Assembly: GCA_963555995.3 (NCBI GenBank)
Contig: OY821641.1
Coordinates: forward strand, 96,001 to 160,000
Direction of reading: 5' to 3'
Origin: Vicinamibacteria bacterium
GTDB lineage: Bacteria; Acidobacteriota; Vicinamibacteria; Marinacidobacterales; Marinacidobacteraceae
Length of the DNA stretch: 64,000 nt
A program made the translations under genes and the position numbers. Each line of letters starts with the position of its first letter. Position 1 is the stretch's first letter. This document shows, piece by piece, positions 1 through 8,659 of this stretch. The notes under the pieces are model-generated. The model had not been told where the DNA came from. It searched no databases and saw nothing but the letters and a program-made list of their open reading frames with translations.

Positions 1-1524
1 TCGGGCGGACTCTTCGAGCGGCTCGCGGACTGGCGGACCGACACCGGCGGCGAAACGCTCGCCGGGTGGCTGCTCCGGTCCGCGCCGCCGGAAGAGGTCG
101 CCGGCCGTCAGCTCGCCATCCGGGAACTCGGCGCCCGGATCGAGATCCAGGAGACGCTCGCGGCCACCGGCGCTCTCGAGCCGTGGCCGACGACCCGGTC
201 TTCGGTGGTGCTCGACTGGCTGGCCCCGGACGGCGGGACCGGCGACGAGCCCGGCGGACCCGCGTCCGGGAAGGAGGAGACCTCCGCCGCACCTTCCGGC
301 CGAAGGCCCGAATTGCTGCTCGCGGTGCTGGCCGTCCTGCTGAGCGCGACCATGCTGGGGGGGCTGCTTCGCTGGATCACGGCGGGGGAGGCGTCCTTCT
401 TTCTGGCCGCGGTGTCCCTCTCGGCGGCCTGGGGCCTCTGGCTCCGGTCGCAGGTACGGGAGCAGGAGACCGTCCTGCGGCTGATGGAATCGGAGATCGC
501 GGGCATCCGGCAGATCGCGCTCACCGTCACCTCCGAGGGGTTCGAGTCGCCCCTGCTGCGGGGACTCGCGGAGCGCCTCGCGCGCGCCGAGGCGGCGCTC
601 GCCAAGCTGGAACGGCTGCAGGTCCGCCTGTCCGCGCGCCGCAATCTGCTCTTCGCGCCGATCGCCGCCATGCTGTTCTGGGGCACGCATCACCGCTGGG
701 CCATCGAGCGGTGGCGCCGCCGTCACCAGCGCGAGGCGCGGGGCTGGGTGCGGGCCGCGGGGGAGTTCGACGCCCTGCTGGCGCTCGCGCAGTACTGCAT
801 CGAGCGCCCCGGACACGTCTTTCCCGAGTTCGACGACGAGCCGGGTTTCGAAGCGCGCGGCCTCGGTCATCCGCTGATCCCGGAAGCGCGCCTGCAGCGG
901 AACGACGTTCGCCTGGGCCGCGGGGAAGCCGACGTGCTCATCGTCACCGGCTCCAACATGTCGGGGAAGAGCACCCTGCTGCGGACCATCGGCGTCAACT
1001 TCGTCCTGGCCCGGATGGGCGCGCCGACCGCCGCGACGGCGTTCCGCCTCGGGCCGCTCGCCCTGGGAGCCTCGATCGCCGTCCACGATTCGCTCCAGGA
1101 CGGCGTTTCCCGTTTCCTCGCGGAACTGCTGGCGCTCAAGGCGGTGCTGAACACCGGCTCGAGGGAGGAGCCGCTGCTCTTCCTGCTGGACGAGGTCCTG
1201 CAGGGGACGAACTCGGACGACCGCCGCGCCGCGGTCGCCGCGCTCCTGCGCGAGCTGGGCCGGCGATCCGCCGTCGGCGTGATGACGACGCACGACCTGA
1301 CGCTCACCGAGCTGGCTCACGAACTGCCGGGCCGCGTCCGCAACATGCACTTCACCGAGCGGGTGGTGGACGGCGCCATGGAGTTCGACTATCAGCTCCG
1401 GGACGGAGTCCTCGCGCGCGGCAACGCGCTCGATCTCATGCGGATCCTCGACCTGCCGGCGCCCGAGGGGGAGCGGGCCGATTTCACCTCGCTCCCGGCC
1501 CCCGGACCCGGACGGGAGAACTGA
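1..1524 (+). CDS. MutS-related (domain V) ATPase with N-terminal membrane segments, 5'-partial
   Basis: Frame 1 open from base 1. Walker A TGSNMSGKST, SLQDGVSRFLAE, LLDEVLQGTNS and TTHD motifs of the MutS ATPase domain, preceded by hydrophobic segments. Confidence 0.85.
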   Translation, partial: SGGLFERLADWRTDTGGETLAGWLLRSAPPEEVAGRQLAIRELGARIEIQETLAATGALEPWPTTRSSVVLDWLAPDGGTGDEPGGPASGKEETSAAPSGRRPELLLAVLAVLLSATMLGGLLRWITAGEASFFLAAVSLSAAWGLWLRSQVREQETVLRLMESEIAGIRQIALTVTSEGFESPLLRGLAERLARAEAALAKLERLQVRLSARRNLLFAPIAAMLFWGTHHRWAIERWRRRHQREARGWVRAAGEFDALLALAQYCIERPGHVFPEFDDEPGFEARGLGHPLIPEARLQRNDVRLGRGEADVLIVTGSNMSGKSTLLRTIGVNFVLARMGAPTAATAFRLGPLALGASIAVHDSLQDGVSRFLAELLALKAVLNTGSREEPLLFLLDEVLQGTNSDDRRAAVAALLRELGRRSAVGVMTTHDLTLTELAHELPGRVRNMHFTERVVDGAMEFDYQLRDGVLARGNALDLMRILDLPAPEGERADFTSLPAPGPGREN

Positions 1525-1538
1525 CGGGGAGCGCCGCC

Positions 1539-2564
1539 ATGAGTGCGCGAGAACCCCCGCCCGGCCGCCGGGACGAAGAGTTCCACCAGACCCTCCGCCC
1601 GCGGGACTTCGGGGAGTACGTGGGCCAGGCCGCCGTCCTCGAACAACTCGAGATCAGCGTGGGCGCCGCGCGGGGCCGGGGCGAAGCCCTCGACCACGTG
1701 CTGCTCCACGGACCGCCCGGCCTCGGCAAGACTTCGCTCGCCGCGGTGCTCGCCCGCGAACTCGAAGTCCCCATGCACACCTCCGCGGGGCCGCTCGTGC
1801 CGCGCACCGGCGACATGGTGGCGCTGCTGAACGCGCTGGCGCGGAACGAGATCCTGTTCATTGACGAGATCCACCGGCTCGCTCCCGCGGTTGCGGAGGT
1901 CCTCTATCCGGCCATGGAGGACCACTACGTGGACATCATGGTCGGCGAGAAACTGGGCGCCCACAGCCTGCGCATTGACCTGCCGCCCTTCACGCTGGTG
2001 GGGGCGACCACCCGCGCCGATCTGCTGACCGGCCCGCTGCGGGACCGCTTCCCGCTCGTCCACCAGCTCGAGTTCTATTCCGTCGAGGAGGTGGAGCGGG
2101 TCCTTTCGCGCGCCGCGCGGGTGCTTGGCGTGCACCTGGAACCGGACGCCGGACGGGAGATCGCCTCGCGGGCCCGGGGGACGCCGCGGGTGGCCAACAA
2201 CCTGCTGCGGCGGGTGCGCGACTACGCGGAGGTGCGCGGCGACGGGACGATCCGCCGGGAGACGGCGCTCGCGCTGCTGGAGATCGCCCAGGTGGACGAA
2301 GCGGGGCTCGACCGTTTCGACCGCAAGATCCTCGAGAGCCTGCTCGACAACTTCTCCGGCGGGCCGGTGGGGGTGGCCAACCTGGCCGCGACGCTCGGGA
2401 TGGACAACCGCACGCTCGAAGAGGTCCACGAGCCGTATCTGATTTACCGCGGCTTCCTGCGGCGGACGGCGAAGGGACGCATGATCACCGACCGGGGCGC
2501 CCGGCACCTGGGGTGCGCGGCCTCGGGGACGCTGTTTCCGGAGACGCCAGGCGCCAAAGTCTGA
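1539..2564 (+). CDS. ruvB: Holliday junction branch migration helicase RuvB
   Basis: TLRPRDFGEYVGQ, HVLLHGPPGLGKT, LFIDEIHRL, GATTR, RGTPRVAN, HEPYL. ATG at 1539; the upstream part of track ORF 66..2564 is spurious. Confidence 0.95.
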   Translation: MSAREPPPGRRDEEFHQTLRPRDFGEYVGQAAVLEQLEISVGAARGRGEALDHVLLHGPPGLGKTSLAAVLARELEVPMHTSAGPLVPRTGDMVALLNALARNEILFIDEIHRLAPAVAEVLYPAMEDHYVDIMVGEKLGAHSLRIDLPPFTLVGATTRADLLTGPLRDRFPLVHQLEFYSVEEVERVLSRAARVLGVHLEPDAGREIASRARGTPRVANNLLRRVRDYAEVRGDGTIRRETALALLEIAQVDEAGLDRFDRKILESLLDNFSGGPVGVANLAATLGMDNRTLEEVHEPYLIYRGFLRRTAKGRMITDRGARHLGCAASGTLFPETPGAKV

Positions 2565-2590
2565 TCCCGGCGGACACGGCCGATCGAAGT

Positions 2591-3652
2591 TTGCGGACTT
2601 CCGATTTCGCGTACGAGCTGCCGCCGGAACTCATTGCGCAAGCGCCGCCCGCGGCTCGGAGCGACGCCCGCCTGCTCCATCTCGACGCCGGCGGCCGGAC
2701 GGCGCACCTGGGGTTCCCGGATCTTCCGTCGCTGCTGCGGCCGGACGACCTGCTGGTCCGGAACGTCACCCGGGTGATTCCCGCCCGCGTGCCGGCCCGG
2801 AAGGAGGCGGGCGGCGGGCGCGTCGAGGTGTTCGTCCTCCCGGAGGGTGAAGGGCCGGGGGACCTTTTCCGGGCGCTCACCCGGCCGGCGCTTCGACCGG
2901 GCGTCCGTCTCCTCGCCGGCGAAGGGGACCGGGTCCGGCTGGAGGTGGGAACGGACCTCGGCGGGGGACAGCGCCAGATCCGCATCGTTTCCGGCGCGGC
3001 CGGGATTCTCGACCTTGCCGAGCGGGCGGGCCGGACGCCCCTGCCGCCGTACATCCGCCGCGGTCCCAAGGGTTCGGAAGGACCGGACGGCACGGACCGG
3101 GAGCGGTATCAAACGGTCTATGCGCGATTCCCCGGCTCGGTAGCGGCCCCGACCGCCGGTCTCCACTTCGACCCCGAGATGTTCGGCCGGCTGCGGGAGA
3201 TCGGGGTCCGGATCGTGGACCTGGTCCTTCACGTCGGCTACGGGACCTTCGCCCCGGTGCGCGTCGAGGACCCGCGCGACCACCAACTGGCGGCCGAGAG
3301 GTTCTTCGTTCCCGATGCGACCCGGCGGGCGGTCCTCGCCCAGTTGGCCGAGGGCCGCCGCGTGGTGGCGGTCGGGACGACCACCGTCCGCGTGCTGGAG
3401 ACCCCGGGGGTTCTCGAAGGCGAGGGGATCGCCGGGGCGACCTCGCTGCTGATCCTTCCGGGCCACCGCTTCCGGGTGGTCTCCGCGATGCTGACCAACT
3501 TCCATCTGCCCGGCAGTTCGCTCCTCATGCTGGTTGCGGCCCTCGGCGGCGCCGACGCGGTCCTCGCCGCCTACCGCGAAGCGGTCCGCCAGCAATACCG
3601 CTTCTACTCCTACGGCGACGCCATGTTCGTGGAGGGCGCCGTGAGGACCTGA
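2591..3652 (+). CDS. queA: tRNA preQ1(34) S-adenosylmethionine ribosyltransferase-isomerase
   Basis: SDFAYELPPELIAQ, PLPPYIRR, YQTVYA, AAPTAGLHF, TNFHLPGSSL, YRFYSYGDAM. TTG start at 2591 inferred. Confidence 0.95.
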   Translation: MRTSDFAYELPPELIAQAPPAARSDARLLHLDAGGRTAHLGFPDLPSLLRPDDLLVRNVTRVIPARVPARKEAGGGRVEVFVLPEGEGPGDLFRALTRPALRPGVRLLAGEGDRVRLEVGTDLGGGQRQIRIVSGAAGILDLAERAGRTPLPPYIRRGPKGSEGPDGTDRERYQTVYARFPGSVAAPTAGLHFDPEMFGRLREIGVRIVDLVLHVGYGTFAPVRVEDPRDHQLAAERFFVPDATRRAVLAQLAEGRRVVAVGTTTVRVLETPGVLEGEGIAGATSLLILPGHRFRVVSAMLTNFHLPGSSLLMLVAALGGADAVLAAYREAVRQQYRFYSYGDAMFVEGAVRT

Positions 3653-3704
3653 CGTCCCGGGCTCCTTAGAATGCCCGACCCATGAAACAGCGCCGCGTCG
3701 GGCA

Positions 3705-3754
3705 GGGAGCGCCGGTCTTCAGACCGGCACCGCCAGCCGGAGGCTGGCGAAACT
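3705..3754 (+). repeat. REP-like palindromic unit
   Basis: GGGAGCGCCGGTC-TTCA-GACCGGCA followed by CGCCAGCC-GGA-GGCTGGCG hairpin. Confidence 0.8.
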
Positions 3755-3797
3755 CGGGAACCCGGCCTATTGGCTGGACAGCGAGGAGATCCAGCCG

Positions 3798-4199
3798 ATG
3801 AACCGCCGACACGTCGGAAGCGGCGTCCCGTGGGAAACCGAGTTCGGCTACTCCCGCGCCACCCGGATTGGCGACCGCATCCTGGTCTCCGGAACGACCG
3901 CGACCGGGCCGGACGGGCCGGTGGCGGTCGGCGATCCGGCGGGACAGACGCGCTACGCGATCGGGAAGGTCCGGACCGCGATCGAGTCCCTCGGCGGCAC
4001 CCTGGAAGAGGTCGTCCGCACCCGGATTCACGTGAAGCCCGGGACCGACTGGGAGGCGGTGGCCAGGGTCCACGGGGAGTTCTTCGGGTCCATCCGGCCC
4101 GCCTGCACGCTGACCTACGCGGACCTCATCGGCGAGGAGTACCTCGTCGAGATCGAAGTCGAGGCGGTGGTCGGCGCCGGTGCTGCGGAGGGCGCATGA
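3798..4199 (+). CDS. RidA/YjgF/YER057c/UK114 family protein
   Basis: SGVPWETEFGYSRA, ILVSGTT, VVRTRI, IRPACT, LVEIEVEA. GAGGAG RBS upstream. Confidence 0.9.
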   Translation: MNRRHVGSGVPWETEFGYSRATRIGDRILVSGTTATGPDGPVAVGDPAGQTRYAIGKVRTAIESLGGTLEEVVRTRIHVKPGTDWEAVARVHGEFFGSIRPACTLTYADLIGEEYLVEIEVEAVVGAGAAEGA

Positions 4200-7100
4200 A
4201 GATCCACCTGTCGCTGACGGGCGCCCTGCTCCTGCTCGTCACTCCGGCCCTCCCCGCCGCGGGCCAGGGACCGGTGCAGCGCGCCGAGGTCCCCGACGGA
4301 TTCGAGGTGCCCGCGCGGGTCCTCGGGGACCTCGACTTCCGGATGGTGGGACCGTCGCGCGGCGGGCGGGTGACCACGGTGACGGGCATTCCCGACCAGC
4401 CGCACGTCTTCTACATGGGTTCGACCGGTGGCGGCGTCTGGAAGACCGAGAACGCCGGCGTTTCGTGGACGAACCTGTCGGACGAGGAATTCGCCGTCGG
4501 CTCCATCGGCGCGGTGGCGGTCGCTCCCTCGGACCCGAACGTCGTTTACGTGGGAACCGGCTCCGCCTGCCCGCGCGGCAACATCTCCGTGGGCAACGGG
4601 GTCTATCGCAGCACCGACGCCGGACGCTCCTGGACCCACGTGGGCCTCGAGGCTGCCGGCCTCATCGGCCGGATCGTCGTGGACCCGGACGACCCGGACC
4701 GGGCCTTCGTCGCCGTGCTCGGGCAGATCTTCGGCCGCTCGCCCGAGCGGGGGGTCTATCTGACGGAGGACGGCGGGAAGACCTGGACGGCGTCGCTCCA
4801 GGTTTCCGACGCGACCGGCGCCGTGGAACTCGCGATGAACCCGTCGAACCCGCGGGAACTCTTCGCCGCCATGTGGCAGGCCGAGCGGAAACCCTGGACG
4901 CTCATTGACGGCGGTCCCGAGGGGGGCCTCTACCGCACGCAGGATGGCGGCGAAACCTGGGAACGGCTCGGCGGCGGGCTGCCGGAAGCCTCCGAGGAAA
5001 ACCCGGTCGGCCGCATCGGCGTGTCCATCGCCGCGTCGGAACCGCGCCGGGTGTACGCGCTCGTCACCGCCGCCGAGGAGCGGGGCGGCCTCTACCGGAG
5101 CGAAGACGGCGGAGACACCTGGACGCGGGTGAACGGGGACCGCCGGTTGCGGGGCCGCGGCTGGTACTACAGCCACGTGGTCGCCGACCCGACGGACCCG
5201 GACACGGTCTACGTCCTCAACGCTCCCTTCCTGAAGTCGGTGGACGCCGGCAAGTCCTTCCGGACGGCGCGCGTCCCCCACGGAGACAACCACGACCTGT
5301 GGATCAACCCGAACGACTCCCGGATCATGGTGGAGGCGAACGACGGGGGCGCCACGGTGACCCTCGACGGGGGCGAGAACTGGTCGTCCATCCACAACCA
5401 GCCCACCGCCGAGTTTTACAGGCTTACCGTGGACGACGAGTTCCCCCGGCGGCTCTACGGCGCGCAGCAGGACAACTCGACGATCAGCGTGCCGTCCTGG
5501 ACCGACAGCGGCCTCTCGCCCGAAGCCCACTGGTGGGACGTCGCCGGCGGCGAGAGCGGGCACATCGCGGTGACCCCCGGCCGGCCCGAACTCACCTACG
5601 CGGGCAACTACATCGGCCAGATTGATCGGCAGGACCGCGACGAGGCCGGCGCGCGGAACGTGGTCGTCTATCCCGAACTCGCCGACGGGACCGCGCCGCG
5701 CGACCTCCAGTACCGCTTTCAGTGGAACGCGCCCATCGTCGTTTCCCGGCACGACCCGGAGGTCGTCTTCCACACGTCCAACTACGTCCATCGAACCACC
5801 GACGGCGGCCTCTCGTGGACGACCATCTCGCCCGACCTGACGGTGGGCGATCCGGAGAAGGGCGCCCTGCCGGGCAATCCGGTGCAGCACGACCACACCG
5901 GCGTCGAGGTGTACGGAACGATCTTCGCCCTGGGCGAGTCTCCCCTCGCGTCCGGCGTGATCTGGGCCGGCGCCGACGACGGCCTGGTCCACCTGACGCG
6001 GGACGGCGGCGCGTCCTGGACCGAAGTGACCCCGCCGGGCATGCCGGCCGGCGGCACCGTGAACAGCCTCGACGTCTCCGCGCGGCACGACGGCGGGGTT
6101 CTCCTCGCCGTCCAGCGGTACCGCGAGAACGATTTCGAACCCTACGTCTTCCGCACCACGGACTTCGGCACGACCTGGACGCGTCTCGGAAGCGACGGGG
6201 GAATACCGCCGGGTCATCCCGTGCGCGTGGTCCGGGAGGACCCGGAAACCGAGAACGTCCTCTATCTGGGGACCGAGTTCGGGCTCTTCCTGAGCCTTGA
6301 CGGCGGAGCGCGTTTCGTTCCCTTCGGAAACCTGCCGGCCACCCCGATCACCGACCTGCAGGTGGGGGGCGACGAGCTGCTGGTCGCCACCCAGGGCCGT
6401 TCGTTCTGGGTGCTCGACGACCTCACGCCGGTGCGGGCGCTGGCGGGCCGTTCGTGGGACGCGCCGGCCCTCCTGCCGGCGGGAACGGCGGTGCGGCTGG
6501 CCACCGGCGGCAGCCGGCCCTTCCGCGGCCCGGGCGCGCCCGAGAACCGCCCGGCGGGGGCTCTCCTCCACTACTTCCTGCCCGAGGATCTCGAAGAGGG
6601 TGACGAACTTCGCCTCACGGTCACGGACGCGAACGGCGCGGTGATCCGGGAGTTCGAGCGGAAGCCGGCGCCCGGCGCCGAGCGCGAGGAGTCCGAGGAG
6701 GATCAGCCGAATCCCGACGCGGTGCTGGAACCCGAAGCCGGGCTCCAGCGGATCGCCTGGGACCTGAAATACCGGCGCCCGGAACTCCTGAAGGGCGCCG
6801 TCATGTCCATCTCCTATACCGGCGGAGCGTTCGTGATGCCGGGGCCCTACACCGCCTCGCTGTCCTTCCGGAAGGAGGGCGGCGAGGAACTCAGGGGCGA
6901 TCCCGTCCGGTTCGAGGTGCTGCGGGATCCGCGGACGGCCGTCACCGAGGACGACCTCCGCCAGCAGCACGACCTGGTGCGGCAGTCGCAGGCGCTGCTC
7001 GAACGGGTGCACGAGCGGATCGGCGCGCTCCGGGAAGCCCGCGATCAGTTCGAAGCGGTCGAAAAGCGGGCGCGGCAGGCGGATCGCTGGACCGAAGAGC

Positions 7101-7420
7101 TGGAGGAAGCGTCAGAGACCCTCCGGAAGGGTCTGACCGAGATCGAAGACGAACTCATCCAGACGAAGAACGAGGCCGGCCAGGACCCCGTCAACTTCAC
7201 TCCGAGGCTCGACAACCAGATCGCCTACCTCTACGGGCACATCGCCCGGAACTACGGCCGCCCCACCGGAGGCTCCTTCGAGCGCTTCCGGGACCTGGAA
7301 GCGCAAGCAAAGCCGATTCTGGACCGGCTCGCCACCCTCCTCGGCGCCAGCGTCGCCGACCTGAACCGCGCCCTCCAGGAAGCGGGGGTGACCGGAGCTG
7401 TTCTCGTCGGACAGCCCTGA
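4196..7420 (+). CDS. Secreted BNR/Asp-box (Vps10/sortilin-like) beta-propeller putative glycosyl hydrolase
   Basis: Signal peptide; GPSRGGRV; many SxDxGxTW Asp-box repeats; HGDNHDLWINP; C-terminal helical region. ATGA overlap with the RidA gene. Confidence 0.85.
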   Translation: MKIHLSLTGALLLLVTPALPAAGQGPVQRAEVPDGFEVPARVLGDLDFRMVGPSRGGRVTTVTGIPDQPHVFYMGSTGGGVWKTENAGVSWTNLSDEEFAVGSIGAVAVAPSDPNVVYVGTGSACPRGNISVGNGVYRSTDAGRSWTHVGLEAAGLIGRIVVDPDDPDRAFVAVLGQIFGRSPERGVYLTEDGGKTWTASLQVSDATGAVELAMNPSNPRELFAAMWQAERKPWTLIDGGPEGGLYRTQDGGETWERLGGGLPEASEENPVGRIGVSIAASEPRRVYALVTAAEERGGLYRSEDGGDTWTRVNGDRRLRGRGWYYSHVVADPTDPDTVYVLNAPFLKSVDAGKSFRTARVPHGDNHDLWINPNDSRIMVEANDGGATVTLDGGENWSSIHNQPTAEFYRLTVDDEFPRRLYGAQQDNSTISVPSWTDSGLSPEAHWWDVAGGESGHIAVTPGRPELTYAGNYIGQIDRQDRDEAGARNVVVYPELADGTAPRDLQYRFQWNAPIVVSRHDPEVVFHTSNYVHRTTDGGLSWTTISPDLTVGDPEKGALPGNPVQHDHTGVEVYGTIFALGESPLASGVIWAGADDGLVHLTRDGGASWTEVTPPGMPAGGTVNSLDVSARHDGGVLLAVQRYRENDFEPYVFRTTDFGTTWTRLGSDGGIPPGHPVRVVREDPETENVLYLGTEFGLFLSLDGGARFVPFGNLPATPITDLQVGGDELLVATQGRSFWVLDDLTPVRALAGRSWDAPALLPAGTAVRLATGGSRPFRGPGAPENRPAGALLHYFLPEDLEEGDELRLTVTDANGAVIREFERKPAPGAEREESEEDQPNPDAVLEPEAGLQRIAWDLKYRRPELLKGAVMSISYTGGAFVMPGPYTASLSFRKEGGEELRGDPVRFEVLRDPRTAVTEDDLRQQHDLVRQSQALLERVHERIGALREARDQFEAVEKRARQADRWTEELEEASETLRKGLTEIEDELIQTKNEAGQDPVNFTPRLDNQIAYLYGHIARNYGRPTGGSFERFRDLEAQAKPILDRLATLLGASVADLNRALQEAGVTGAVLVGQP

Positions 7421-7434
7421 CGGCGGAAACGGCT

Positions 7435-7558
7435 GGGACCGCCGGTCTTCAGACCGGCACGCGCGGCGCTCCGCGCCGCGCACGTCGTAACGCCAGCGGC
7501 GACGGAGGGCGTTCGGAGCGCCGGCCTCCGGTCGGCATCGCGCGGGAGCGCGAAACCC
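7435..7558 (+). repeat. REP-like cluster (two units with accessory hairpins)
   Basis: GGGACCGCCGGTCTTCAGACCGGCA + GCGCGGCGC-TCC-GCGCCGCGC; then GGAGCGCCGGCCTCCGGTCGGCA + TCGCGC-GGGA-GCGCGA-AACCC. Confidence 0.8.
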
Positions 7559-7629
7559 GCGCCGATGGCACTCTCCGCGCATCCATGCCGACGCGCGAGC
7601 GTTTCCTGGATGTTACACTGCACTACACA

Positions 7630-7648
7630 TGCACACTGTAGATGTGCA
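7630..7648. promoter_or_regulatory. Putative antitoxin operator palindrome
   Basis: TGCACA-N7-TGTGCA in an AT-richer stretch just upstream of the antitoxin ATG (7659). Confidence 0.5.
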
Positions 7649-7658
7649 ACACGGAAAC

Positions 7659-7946
7659 ATGTCCAGAATCCACGTCATCGTCAACGAGGCCGAGAAGGTC
7701 CGCTACCAGAGCCAGGCCGCCCGTGAGGGCAAGTCGCTCGGCGCCTGGCTGCGCGAGGCCGCCGCCGAAAAGATCGCCAGATCAGCTCCGCGGCGTTTCG
7801 CCTCGGTGGAGGAATTTGACGATTTCATTGCCGGGTGCCAGGTGCGGTCCGCCGCCGACGGCGGACTCGAGCGGGAACCGGACTGGGAGGAAACCAAGAA
7901 GCTCATCCTCGACGCGAAGGGCCGGGGTCTCGAGGAGTTCGTGTGA
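7659..7946 (+). CDS. Putative antitoxin (RHH-like, VapB-type)
   Basis: Small protein with N-terminal beta-strand/helix pattern (RIHVIV...AAREGKSLGAWLREAA); overlaps the PIN toxin start (GTGA). Confidence 0.75.
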   Translation: MSRIHVIVNEAEKVRYQSQAAREGKSLGAWLREAAAEKIARSAPRRFASVEEFDDFIAGCQVRSAADGGLEREPDWEETKKLILDAKGRGLEEFV

Positions 7947-8332
7947 CCTTCGTGGACACGAACGTCTTCCTGCTCGCTGCCGGCAGCCCCCACCCGCTGC
8001 AGCAGTCGGCGACGGCCGCCCTGCGCGGTAAACCCGACTTGGTTACCTCCGCGGAGGTCCTGCAGGAGATCCTCCATGTCTTCGTGCGGCGGAGGCGTCT
8101 CGATCTGTGCGACCAGGCTCTCGAGCTCACTTACCGGTCGGTAGGCGAGGTCTGGGCGATCGAGCCCGAAGACGTTGTGGGGGCGCGCTCCCTGGCGGAC
8201 CTCCACCCGCAGCTCGAATCCCGGGATCTCCTCCATCTGGCCTGCTGCCTGCGGCGGCAGGCGACCGATCTCGTCACCTTCGACCGCGGTCTCGCCGCCG
8301 CCTGGGCGCGGCGGTCGCGATCCCGGCCGTAG
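7943..8332 (+). CDS. vapC: PIN-domain VapC toxin
   Basis: FVDTNVFL, TSAEVLQEIL, RDLLHLA, VTFDRGL conserved acidic PIN residues. Confidence 0.9.
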   Translation: MTFVDTNVFLLAAGSPHPLQQSATAALRGKPDLVTSAEVLQEILHVFVRRRRLDLCDQALELTYRSVGEVWAIEPEDVVGARSLADLHPQLESRDLLHLACCLRRQATDLVTFDRGLAAAWARRSRSRP

Positions 8333-8339
8333 TACCGGG

Positions 8340-8640
8340 CTACGCGGCGCTCGGTGCGTGCGGGGGTTCGAGCCGCTTGTATTTGGCATCGCCGACGAAA
8401 CGCCAGGTTCGGCCCACGCGCCAGGCCAGATCAGGTTCCAACCGGACTCGGTGGCCCTCGTCAAGGAAGGTCGCCGGCTTCTCGGGGAAGAATCGCTCCG
8501 GAAGCCGGAGCGCTTCCCGGAGCGCACACCGCACGAATTCCTCGAACACTTTGTTCATGTCCATCAGGAATCCCGGGGCGCGAATCCGGCCCCGGCCTCT
8601 CTCGACCGTCGCGTGCCGTAGGATGATCCGTGCAAGACCG
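8340..8640 (-). pseudogene. mcrC: Fragment of McrC-family 5-methylcytosine restriction endonuclease subunit
   Basis: GFLMDMNKVFEEFV...LEPD...VGDAKYK PD-(D/E)xK core. No N-terminal part, TAG before the expected DxYQ motif, no mcrB nearby. Confidence 0.7.
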
Positions 8641-8659
8641 GCGGTCCCTCCCCGGCGTG

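Noticed and set aside
66-1538. N-terminal ~490-aa extension of RuvB (track ORF 66..2564)
   Set aside because: Arg/Pro/Gly-rich off-frame read of the MutS-like gene; RuvB homology starts at ATG 1539.
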